A stretch of 19,336 nucleotides of DNA from Bdellovibrionales bacterium (GTDB lineage Bacteria > Bdellovibrionota > Bdellovibrionia > Bdellovibrionales > UBA840), in NCBI GenBank assembly GCA_037969075.1, contig JBBKWS010000145.1, positions 1 through 19,336 of the forward strand, read 5' to 3'. Position 1 is the first letter of the stretch, and each line of letters begins with the position of its first letter. Shown piece after piece: positions 7,318 to 15,325 of this stretch. The notes under the pieces were generated by a model, which saw only the letters and a program-made list of their open reading frames with translations, made no database searches and had not been told where the DNA came from. Position numbers and translations under genes: made by a program.

Positions 7318-7892
7318 CTTAGGTAATCTTCTTTGTAAGGCCTAAGAGCATTTTCTATACTGCGTAAAGTCGCTTCTGACATACTTAATCCATCCGATTC
7401 TGACAATGGGGTTTGCTGAAACGTAGCAAACTCCATTTGATTAGGCAAAATCCCAATTGTTGAAAGTAGTCTGATTTTAAAATGCAGATAAGTTTTTTTG
7501 TCTGCTTTAATACTTGCGCACAGCTTTAAATAGTTACCCAGCATATGAAATACTTCTTCTTGTTCTAGATCCTCTTTGCAAACCTTTAAAGCCAGTTGAA
7601 TGCCACGCATAGCGGTCTCAAGTTTTTCATATGAGTCTCGTAATCCATCAAACGAGTCCAAAATCCTCGCCTCTTCCATATATGTGATGCCAGAAGATGA
7701 CTCTTTCCAAGAATACTCAATGTAATGACTTGGCTCTAGAACTCCGCCTGAGAAACGTTTTTTACTTTTTAAAGCATGTTTTGCTACAAAATCTTTTTTA
7801 GTACCTGTTGTAGATAAAATTTGTACGCCAAGATCTGACTCTCTAAATAAATTGGTCTTTAAAATAATTCCTTTAGATTTACCCTGCTGCAT
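7314..7892 (-). CDS. recO: DNA repair protein RecO (short form)
   Basis: GIILKTNLFRESDLGVQILS...AKHALKSKKRFSGGVLEP OB-fold signature and FKIRLLSTIGILP. Start placed at ATG 7892, just after the mgtE stop; the ORF track gives 7904. Confidence 0.88.
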   Translation of the reverse strand: MQQGKSKGIILKTNLFRESDLGVQILSTTGTKKDFVAKHALKSKKRFSGGVLEPSHYIEYSWKESSSGITYMEEARILDSFDGLRDSYEKLETAMRGIQLALKVCKEDLEQEEVFHMLGNYLKLCASIKADKKTYLHFKIRLLSTIGILPNQMEFATFQQTPLSESDGLSMSEATLRSIENALRPYKEDYLS

Positions 7893-7893
7893 A

Positions 7894-9231
7894 CTACACC
7901 GCAAAGGTAAATAGCAGTGTAATAGCTAATATATCAGCAACTACTGCGAATATAGGGACCGTCCCAATGGTAGAGTCATACCCTAACATATCTAACACAT
8001 AAGGGATCAATGTTCCTAGAAGCATTGAAGATATTATTTGAAGACCTAGGACAACAGATAGTTTCAAGTGGCTCGTTGGGTTTGGTAAAAAATGAAATGA
8101 TGCCAGATAAAAAATAGCAGCAAAAATAACAGCATAAATAGCCGCCCTAGACATCTCTAGAACTAGGTGAGAAATAAAATTTGTCTCTAACTTTCCTGCA
8201 TTGAGTAAACCCACTGCCACGGTAGCAGACTGCCCACCTGATGTAGCACCTAAAGACAGCAACAGAGGAATCATTGCAGCTATTGTTAAAAGCTGATTAT
8301 TATCGAACGTATAGCCTAAAAGGCGAATTAGTAAGAAGCATAGTCCGCCTCCTATAAAACTAAAAATTAACCACGATAAGCGGCTTGTAACACTGGCTAA
8401 AAACCCTTCATCGTCCATGTCAGAAGCTCTACCCATAGCCAAAAAATCATCTGCACCCTCGGCTCGGATGACATCAATAACGTCATCAACAGTAATTACG
8501 CCTTCTAGTTTTTGCGATTCATTTACAACAGGAAGTGATAAGAAGTCATATCTTTCAACAATCCTTGCTACCTCTTCTTGGTCGGTATTCAAATCTACAC
8601 TTATTATTTCGGTTTCCATCAAGCTTTTTAAAACTTGGTTTGGCTTTGATAGTATCAGTTGTTTTAAACTTAATACTCCAACTAGATGCTCTTCATCATC
8701 AATAACATAAATATAAAAAGTAACCAGGTTCTCATCTGAATTATTTTGAATCTCTATAATCGATTGGGCTACCGTATAACTTTGATTTAGAGCGAAGAAT
8801 TCGGTATTCATCAATCCACCAGCAGAATCTTCAGGATATCGCATAAGATCAGCAACATCCTCTGAACTCTCTCTCTCCATCGTATCTAATATTTCCTGAG
8901 ATTTTTCCTTAGGTAAGCTACCCAACAAATCGGCAGCATCGTCTGACTCCATTTGGCTAACTAGCTCTTGTGCCTCAGACTTATCAATACTAAGGATCAG
9001 ATCTTTTTGATTTCTGCCCTCCAAGTAGCTTAAAATTTCAGCTTTCGTATCTACAGATTCAATCAGATTAAAAATACGAAGACGCTCTACCCTATCCATT
9101 TCTTCAAGAAGAGCCGCTATATCAGCCGCATGTGTTTTAATTAAAATACGCTTAATATTTTTCCAGGCAGCTCTTCTATAGAGCTTACGAATACTTTCGA
9201 CTAATACCTTTGTACGTAATTCAAGCATCAA
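7894..9231 (-). CDS. mgtE: Magnesium transporter MgtE
   Basis: MgtE N-domain (HAADIA, MESDDAADLL, YPEDSAGGLM), a CBS pair (YDFLSLPVV, GVITVDDVIDV) and five TM segments with the conserved TM5 Asp (VVADI). Confidence 0.95.
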   Translation of the reverse strand: MMLELRTKVLVESIRKLYRRAAWKNIKRILIKTHAADIAALLEEMDRVERLRIFNLIESVDTKAEILSYLEGRNQKDLILSIDKSEAQELVSQMESDDAADLLGSLPKEKSQEILDTMERESSEDVADLMRYPEDSAGGLMNTEFFALNQSYTVAQSIIEIQNNSDENLVTFYIYVIDDEEHLVGVLSLKQLILSKPNQVLKSLMETEIISVDLNTDQEEVARIVERYDFLSLPVVNESQKLEGVITVDDVIDVIRAEGADDFLAMGRASDMDDEGFLASVTSRLSWLIFSFIGGGLCFLLIRLLGYTFDNNQLLTIAAMIPLLLSLGATSGGQSATVAVGLLNAGKLETNFISHLVLEMSRAAIYAVIFAAIFYLASFHFLPNPTSHLKLSVVLGLQIISSMLLGTLIPYVLDMLGYDSTIGTVPIFAVVADILAITLLFTFAV

Positions 9232-10138
9232 TAACCTTAAAATCTTTCTTTATTTTAATATAAAATAGACAGCCAAATAAACTAAGCAAAAACTGCAATG
9301 TCTGTAATACCGTAAATATAGTCACTAGTCTAGAACTCCAGTCTTTAGGATAATCATGACTCATGAGCGCAGCACCTATCTGAACGAGGCCTAAACCACC
9401 AATAGACAGGGGAAGAGCTGCGAAAAGTAGACTTATCGGCGCGATAACAAGAGTATAATAGATGAACTTAATATCTAAAGAAGTAGATCCTATAAAGAAA
9501 ATACTAAAAAAAGTGATGTGCGCCAATACGTTGCTAATAAGCGCAAATATTACATATCGAGGCTTTTCTCTATAAGAATTTCTAACTAAGATAAGGCTAC
9601 GCAAAGACTTATATTTATCAGCAACTTTATCTGGGACTAAACAAAAGAGTACTGTTAATAGAAATGAAGCTAAAAATAGTAAAAATATGATATTGCTATA
9701 TTGAGGAAACAAACCCTCTTTAAAATAAAACAAAACACACGACACCGTACTAATAGTAACCAGCATAATTAGACCAAACACCCTATCAAATATAATCGTA
9801 AATATGCTAAGATTTCGGTTACTAGCATCTTTAAATAGGTAACCTGCTTTGACAAAATCACCACCTAGAGATCCTGGTAAAAAATATTGAAATAGGCTTC
9901 CAACCCACGAAAGCGCTAATATTTTTTTAAAAGAAACTGGCAGCACTGCTTTAGCTAAAAAAAACCACCTAAATGTCAGGGATAAAAAATTCAGAAAGAC
10001 AAATAGAAACATTAATAGATAGATAGCTATACGGCTTTCTTCATAAAAAAAACTCAAATCAAAATAGTTAAAGTGAAAAGCTGCATAAAGTAATGCGGCC
10101 GAAATTAGATATTTAGAAAATCCTAACACTATACTCAT
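9221..10138 (-). CDS. Flippase-like membrane protein (lysylphosphatidylglycerol synthase TM / UPF0104 family)
   Basis: Polytopic hydrophobic protein with FRWFFL, YFLPGSLGGDFVK, FDRVFGL and LPLSIGGLG motifs. Confidence 0.8.
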   Translation of the reverse strand: MSIVLGFSKYLISAALLYAAFHFNYFDLSFFYEESRIAIYLLMFLFVFLNFLSLTFRWFFLAKAVLPVSFKKILALSWVGSLFQYFLPGSLGGDFVKAGYLFKDASNRNLSIFTIIFDRVFGLIMLVTISTVSCVLFYFKEGLFPQYSNIIFLLFLASFLLTVLFCLVPDKVADKYKSLRSLILVRNSYREKPRYVIFALISNVLAHITFFSIFFIGSTSLDIKFIYYTLVIAPISLLFAALPLSIGGLGLVQIGAALMSHDYPKDWSSRLVTIFTVLQTLQFLLSLFGCLFYIKIKKDFKVIDA

Positions 10139-11073
10139 TCACTTGAACTCAACGCTGAAAAATCAGAGTATAGCCGTAAAAACTTATCCTTCACCTCTTT
10201 AATTGCAATAACATCTAAGACAATCCACTGATTTATGTTTTTCTGTGTGAACTTACCATCCACCAACCATGAATAATTAAACGGATGATCATAGATGCAT
10301 TTGCTAGTGCAAAGAATGGTACCATCAACAATTATATTTTTTAATGACTGATAAAGTGGCTCGCTGTTCTTAGATAGACAGATCACAGATCTGTCCCATA
10401 TACGATTTTTAGAATTTGAAAAATAACAGCTTATTCCTTCGATTTTACTGAGTGATTCTTCAAAATTTTCTATAGACGCCTTATCCTCGGTTAACATAGG
10501 CATCTGTAAATCATAATCAGTAGTTACAGGAGCAAGAAACAAGTCGTCAATTTTTTTTGATCTTGAACCTAATAGAATCACTGCGTAGGACTGGTGATCC
10601 CTAATTTCGATTAAATAAGGATTGGGGGAAAAGTATTGTGGCTGTAAAACATGGTTATTGTGCCTAATAATTACTGTAAAAATTTTCTTATCAGCTAATT
10701 TCTTTACCAAATCATCTACTTGGTAAATTTCACCTGTGATCGGATTGTCTTCGCTCAACACAACAAAGCAAGTTTCTTCACTTACCATAGAAATCTTTTT
10801 CTCTATGGAGTCATCACTAGAAAAATTAAAAACTTTTATACCGTCACGAGCCACACTCTCTGCCACCATAAATAAGTAAGGGCTTTGCCCCGCTACTAAA
10901 CCTAGCTGTAGCTTGTGTGGATAAACACGAAACATACCCTTTGTAACTTCAGTCAACGCGTGTGCTACTGAGGATCTCACCCGTACTGACCACTTTGAGT
11001 CTACTTGAAATAATTTTTCATAAGCCTCACTTTGAAGTGAGTTTTTTTTAAGATCTAGCACAACAGTTTTCAA
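10135..11073 (-). CDS. Hypothetical protein; degenerate class V PLP aminotransferase (cysteine desulfurase-like) fold
   Basis: EETCFVVLSEDNPITGEIYQVDDLVKKLADKKIFTVI aligns with the IscS [20 protein letters not shown]...IIYHVDA segment, and CTSKC sits where SSGSAC lies. No DAxQ or SxHK motif is visible. Confidence 0.6.
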   Translation of the reverse strand: MKTVVLDLKKNSLQSEAYEKLFQVDSKWSVRVRSSVAHALTEVTKGMFRVYPHKLQLGLVAGQSPYLFMVAESVARDGIKVFNFSSDDSIEKKISMVSEETCFVVLSEDNPITGEIYQVDDLVKKLADKKIFTVIIRHNNHVLQPQYFSPNPYLIEIRDHQSYAVILLGSRSKKIDDLFLAPVTTDYDLQMPMLTEDKASIENFEESLSKIEGISCYFSNSKNRIWDRSVICLSKNSEPLYQSLKNIIVDGTILCTSKCIYDHPFNYSWLVDGKFTQKNINQWIVLDVIAIKEVKDKFLRLYSDFSALSSSE

Positions 11074-11519
11074 GATAAAAACCCTCTAATAGCTGCTTTT
11101 GTTTCAGTTTTTAAATCCACTTTTAGCGCTCTCAATTCTTTTGCAGGAGGTATAAATGATTTTTCAAAATGTAAGCTTTTAGTAGGGCATATCTCAACAC
11201 AGATACCGCAAAACAAACACTTGTCATAAGAAATACTAAAGTTTTCAATATGTCTGACCACATCTACACCGGCTGAAGTCTTGGGTTTTTTCATTGAGTT
11301 TGAATACAACTCCCCTTTAATTTCAATAGCTTTAGTTGGGCAGGCTGTTTCACAATCGCCGCAGCCACTACACTCCTGAAATCTATTTTTAATCTCGAGA
11401 CGTGAAAAAGGATGAATGTATTTATTTACATAGGGGTACTCGAAAGTAACTGAATTATGTCTTTGATTCATTTTCATCTTTTGATACAGAAACTTTATAT
11501 AAGCTAAGAATTCTCTCAC
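11070..11519 (-). CDS. NuoI-like 2x[4Fe-4S] protein (second, divergent copy)
   Basis: VTFEYP, CSGCGDCETACP and FSISYDKCLFCGICVEICP: all eight Cys ligands are present. Confidence 0.88.
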   Translation of the reverse strand: MREFLAYIKFLYQKMKMNQRHNSVTFEYPYVNKYIHPFSRLEIKNRFQECSGCGDCETACPTKAIEIKGELYSNSMKKPKTSAGVDVVRHIENFSISYDKCLFCGICVEICPTKSLHFEKSFIPPAKELRALKVDLKTETKAAIRGFLS

Positions 11520-12535
11520 CCAATAGCTCCTTGCTCTAAACTAAGCCCTAAGCTTTCATAAGCTAAGTCTAAATCCTCGACTTCTACGCCCACCAATAAT
11601 TGTGGAACAAATGATTTTAATCTGGTGGAGACACTAGAAATAAATATTTTTTTAGACATATAGGATACATACATTGGACCACTTGGCGCTTCGATGGCAG
11701 AAATATAAAATCCATTGGGAGACTCATACACATCTGTATTATCCAACTGAAATTGGCCTGTTGGTAAATTAGTCATTAAAGTTTTAACGACAAAAACATG
11801 GTGTTTTATCTTTTCGATTGCCACGATAAACCTTGTGGCCGCATCGCTACCATGAAGGCCATTTAGATTAAACCTTCCAACTGTATCATACGCTCCATAT
11901 TTATTTGCATCTCTTACATCTATCTCGACTCCGGCAGCTATTGCAACTATTCCTCCCCAAGAGAATGTATGAATTATTTCTTTTGAAATTTTCATAACAC
12001 CCTCCATGCGCTCAAGCAATATGGAGTCATTGACTATTTTTTGATAGGCTATCATAAACTCAGCTTCAAAAACTTTTATCTGTGCAACTAATTTATTTTG
12101 AATGCCTATAGTTAAATCTCGCTCTACTCCATTTAACAAAATGAACTGCGGCAAAATTCTAGAGCCAAACCATTGCTCTTGCATGTCTAAGATAATTTCT
12201 TTAAGCAGAAAGAAGTTATTAGAATAAATTTTCTCTTCACATGCTTTCAACACATTGATTATGTAATTACTTAGCCAAAGTAGCTCTTGTAACTCTGCAG
12301 CCAAAGTACGTAACGCCTCACCCCTTTTAGGAGCAATATACTGCGACATCTGCGAATATACTAATGCAAGCCCCCATTCTGCTGCGATTGACTCATGTGG
12401 GTCAAACCTAGATATACGCTTTAAATTATCATAAGGTGAAGATGCCTCTAATGTTTTCCAAAGAGGGCGCCAATGCTGATCATAGGGGATCTCGACCTTC
12501 GTTACTACATTTAATTTATTTTCAAATTGAAGCAT
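11516..12535 (-). CDS. Highly divergent NuoD / NiFe-hydrogenase large-subunit-fold protein
   Basis: Colinear with the NuoD part of 17071..18771: LRTLAAEL, FGSRILPQFILLNGVERDL, LERMEGV, AAGVEIDVRDANKYGAY, DAATRF, IEAPSG. It lacks GPxHPxxHG, RL(D/N)Y, the terminal DR and any CxxC. Confidence 0.8.
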   Translation of the reverse strand: MLQFENKLNVVTKVEIPYDQHWRPLWKTLEASSPYDNLKRISRFDPHESIAAEWGLALVYSQMSQYIAPKRGEALRTLAAELQELLWLSNYIINVLKACEEKIYSNNFFLLKEIILDMQEQWFGSRILPQFILLNGVERDLTIGIQNKLVAQIKVFEAEFMIAYQKIVNDSILLERMEGVMKISKEIIHTFSWGGIVAIAAGVEIDVRDANKYGAYDTVGRFNLNGLHGSDAATRFIVAIEKIKHHVFVVKTLMTNLPTGQFQLDNTDVYESPNGFYISAIEAPSGPMYVSYMSKKIFISSVSTRLKSFVPQLLVGVEVEDLDLAYESLGLSLEQGAIG

Positions 12536-12821
12536 CTTGAGATACCACCATGCTGTAAATAGAATTTAAAGAAGTTAAAAAAGAATCCGAACCTACAGAC
12601 CTTACGCAGATCGGTAATTTGTAACTACTGGTAACAAAATATAAATAAAAATATCCTCCAACAGGAACTGTAAACATGGGATACGGAAATCCTGTAGAAA
12701 CATTTTCTTTTAAAAAGTTAAAAAGATCATTTTCATTCACTTCCCATAGACCATCTGACGACTCTTTGTGATCTAACTTGGGAGTACCATTTATTTTTTT
12801 TATAACATCATCCAAGTTCAC
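12522..12821 (-). CDS. Small hypothetical protein, probably a truncated NuoC-like subunit (99 aa)
   Basis: Lies between the NuoB-like and NuoD-like genes. GGAG lies 6 nt before GTG 12821; the ORF track start at 12929 overlaps the upstream gene heavily. The pattern WEVNENDLFNFLK...YLYFVTS...ICVRS...TSLNSIY weakly parallels the NuoC N-domain, and the ERExxD motif is absent. Confidence 0.5.
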   Translation of the reverse strand: MNLDDVIKKINGTPKLDHKESSDGLWEVNENDLFNFLKENVSTGFPYPMFTVPVGGYFYLYFVTSSYKLPICVRSVGSDSFLTSLNSIYSMVVSQDASI

Positions 12822-13284
12822 GAATAGCTCCGTATATAATCTTACTCGTTTCTCTATTCTCTTTGGTTTTTTCGAGTAGGCGAATTGCCTCAATGATTGC
12901 CTCAGGGCGAGGTGGACAGCCTGGTACAAAAATATCCACAGGTAGAATATCAGTTAACTTTACCCCATCGTCACCTACATAAGGTGATTTAGAAATAGTA
13001 CAAGCGCCAACAGCAATAACAGCCTTATCACCTGATATAAGACTATAAATTTCTTTAATTTTTTCAGCGAATACCGAGTTAACCCAACCGGATACAATCA
13101 GTACGGTTGCTTCTCTTGGGTCATCAATGTCAATTGTATACCCTAGGCGCTGAAGATCATAATTAGAAGAGCATAAATTATCCACTTCAATAGAACAACA
13201 GCCTTGAGTTAAGAAATAAATAGATCTGGATTTATTGTCTAGCTTTTGTAAAAAAGATTTTAGACTTTGCTTTAGTGAAACCAT
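12808..13284 (-). CDS. NuoB-like [4Fe-4S] protein (second, divergent copy)
   Basis: GCCSIEV, YDLQRLG, VIAVGAC and PVDIFVPGCPPRPEAII: the tandem-Cys motif of complex I cluster N2 and the two other Cys ligands are present. Confidence 0.9.
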   Translation of the reverse strand: MVSLKQSLKSFLQKLDNKSRSIYFLTQGCCSIEVDNLCSSNYDLQRLGYTIDIDDPREATVLIVSGWVNSVFAEKIKEIYSLISGDKAVIAVGACTISKSPYVGDDGVKLTDILPVDIFVPGCPPRPEAIIEAIRLLEKTKENRETSKIIYGAIRELG

Positions 13285-13319
13285 ACTTACATAGTCTCTA
13301 AGGGCAAAGCCTAGGTCAA

Positions 13320-13844
13320 TTAAATACCCGCTTTATGTCTCTCTTCTTCATCGACAACTGATACAACGCCGCCTTTAAGCTGAGGACGCCTAGCAAGTTG
13401 TTTAATGTCATAAGAAAAATTAGCTCCATTTATACCTGGCATCTGCCATTCAGGGCCCATACGAATTGCGTCCACAGGACATGCTTCTTCGCAAAATCCA
13501 CAGTACACACAACGAAGTACATCGATTTCATAGGAGATCGGAAACTTTTCAACAGCCGGGTCATCACTTTCTGCGGCTTTAATTGTAATACAATCTGCAG
13601 GACAATAGGTGGCACAAAGCATACAAGCTGTGCAACGAATAGACCCGTCCTTCTTTACAGTTAATATGTGGCTGCCCTTAAAGCGTGGAGAATACTCATA
13701 CTTCTCTTCTGGGTAATTAAGAGTGATCATCTCTCTCTTTCCCACTAAATTAAGGACCATGTTTTTAAATGTAATACCTAAACCTTTTAAAATTGCCGGT
13801 AAGTACCATGAATCCCTGCCCTCTGTTCTCTTTACTATACTCAT
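13320..13844 (-). CDS. nuoI: NADH-quinone oxidoreductase subunit I
   Basis: TLNYPEEK, RFKG, CTACMLCATYCP, RCVYCGFCEEACPVDAI. Confidence 0.95.
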   Translation of the reverse strand: MSIVKRTEGRDSWYLPAILKGLGITFKNMVLNLVGKREMITLNYPEEKYEYSPRFKGSHILTVKKDGSIRCTACMLCATYCPADCITIKAAESDDPAVEKFPISYEIDVLRCVYCGFCEEACPVDAIRMGPEWQMPGINGANFSYDIKQLARRPQLKGGVVSVVDEEERHKAGI

Positions 13845-15325
13845 AGAGCTTCTCCTAAAACTGGAATATCTTTTCCACTTATAAGCACCATTACTTCGCT
13901 CAACGTTAAGGCTTGCGAAACTACTATGCGCATTTTTTGAATTTTTTGTGCCGTACCCTCAAAATTAACAAAGGTTCCATCTTTTTCCACAAAAGTTTTT
14001 AGAGGAATTTGATATTTAGCACCCTCATAAGATTCATTTGGATTAGATGTCAGCCAGATCACATTAGGAACTTTTTTAAAAAGCTTCGCTTTTTCAGAGA
14101 TATCTGTATAAAAACTTTGAACCTCAGGACCAGCAACCACTACAACTTGGATCTTACCACTTGCAATTCTTGATTCTAGATCCGCCCAGTCAGTCACTAG
14201 GCCATTTTTCTTTAAGATGTCCTGCAAGCCCTTAGTATTTGGATTGCGGTCTCCTCTTAAAAGTAACCCGTCAAAGTCATTCCATTTTTCGGGATTATTT
14301 TGCCAGTGATAAATCTGTGTAGAGCCAATGTCGCCCTTAAAGGCCGCAATCATCGACTCATACTCTTCATTTGTATATTGGCCAGTAGCCACTAACGCTA
14401 CTTGGTCAGCGGTAAACTTTTTCAATAACTCAGCAACTTCTTTTGCGGCAGCACCTGGTGCCAAAGACACAGCTTCGTTATTTTCAAACTTAACAGCATT
14501 TAGCAATCGCTCTGATCTATTTACATGTTTATACATATCGCGACCTTCATCGCACATCCAATAGCCATTGATATCTTTATTGTGACTTGGCTTTACACGA
14601 AAGTAGCCCTTTTCATTATAATACATTTTAGTATTACAACCAGTAGAGCATCCATTACAAACCGTTTCTTTATCTTTGAGATACCAAACCCGTTGCTGAA
14701 ACCTAAAGTCTTTAGATGTTAGAGCCCCAACTGGACATATATCAACTGTATTTACAGAGTACTTGTTATCTAAAGGCTTATCTTCAAAGGTACCAATTTC
14801 ACTATGATCGCCTCGGTTAAAAATACCAAGCTCATGAGTTTTTGAAACTTCATCCGTAAAACGTACACAACGCGAACAAAGAATACAACGCTCGGTATCC
14901 AAAACCACTTCTGGCCCAAGATCCACAACCTTACGTTTTTTAACTTTTCTCTCACCCATTTCAGGATCATAAGAGCCAAATTTCATATACTGATCTTGCA
15001 AGCCACATTCCCCTGCTTGATCACAAATAGGACAATCTAGTGGGTGATTTATTAAATGAAAATCTAAAACCCATTTCACTGAACTTTTAATGTTTTCGCT
15101 AGTGTTATTAATAACCATGCCTTCTGCTACTTGCGTATTACAGGCAATTTGTGGGCGAGGATTTCCCTCAATTTCAACCATACATAGTCGGCATACACCA
15201 GCTACTGATAAACCAGGGTGATAGCAGTAATGAGCAATCTCAGTACCTGATTGCTGGAACGCCTGGATAATCGTAGCGCCCGCTTCTACCTCAACTTCTT
15301 TTCCGTTAATTAGACACTTGGGCAT
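13841..15325 (-). CDS. nuoG: NADH-quinone oxidoreductase subunit G (short, 494 aa)
   Basis: CYHPGLSVAGVCRLC (N1b), HPLDCPICDQAGEC (N5), CILCSRC...DICPVGAL (N4), CNGCSTGC...MCDEGR (N7) and EKDGTFVNFEG. Confidence 0.93.
   Translation of the reverse strand: MPKCLINGKEVEVEAGATIIQAFQQSGTEIAHYCYHPGLSVAGVCRLCMVEIEGNPRPQIACNTQVAEGMVINNTSENIKSSVKWVLDFHLINHPLDCPICDQAGECGLQDQYMKFGSYDPEMGERKVKKRKVVDLGPEVVLDTERCILCSRCVRFTDEVSKTHELGIFNRGDHSEIGTFEDKPLDNKYSVNTVDICPVGALTSKDFRFQQRVWYLKDKETVCNGCSTGCNTKMYYNEKGYFRVKPSHNKDINGYWMCDEGRDMYKHVNRSERLLNAVKFENNEAVSLAPGAAAKEVAELLKKFTADQVALVATGQYTNEEYESMIAAFKGDIGSTQIYHWQNNPEKWNDFDGLLLRGDRNPNTKGLQDILKKNGLVTDWADLESRIASGKIQVVVVAGPEVQSFYTDISEKAKLFKKVPNVIWLTSNPNESYEGAKYQIPLKTFVEKDGTFVNFEGTAQKIQKMRIVVSQALTLSEVMVLISGKDIPVLGEAL

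Noticed and set aside
12522..12590. Programmed -1 frameshift fusing C' and D' at T TTT TTA
   Set aside because: The -1 frame is not the D' frame and stops shortly after. The D' frame has a stop 11 codons upstream of its ATG and has its own GGTGG RBS-like sequence.
11516..13284. Second cassette as a group 4 NiFe hydrogenase
   Set aside because: The large subunit has no CxxC motifs, the small subunit has the complex I tandem CC rather than CxxC, and there are no maturation genes in the window.
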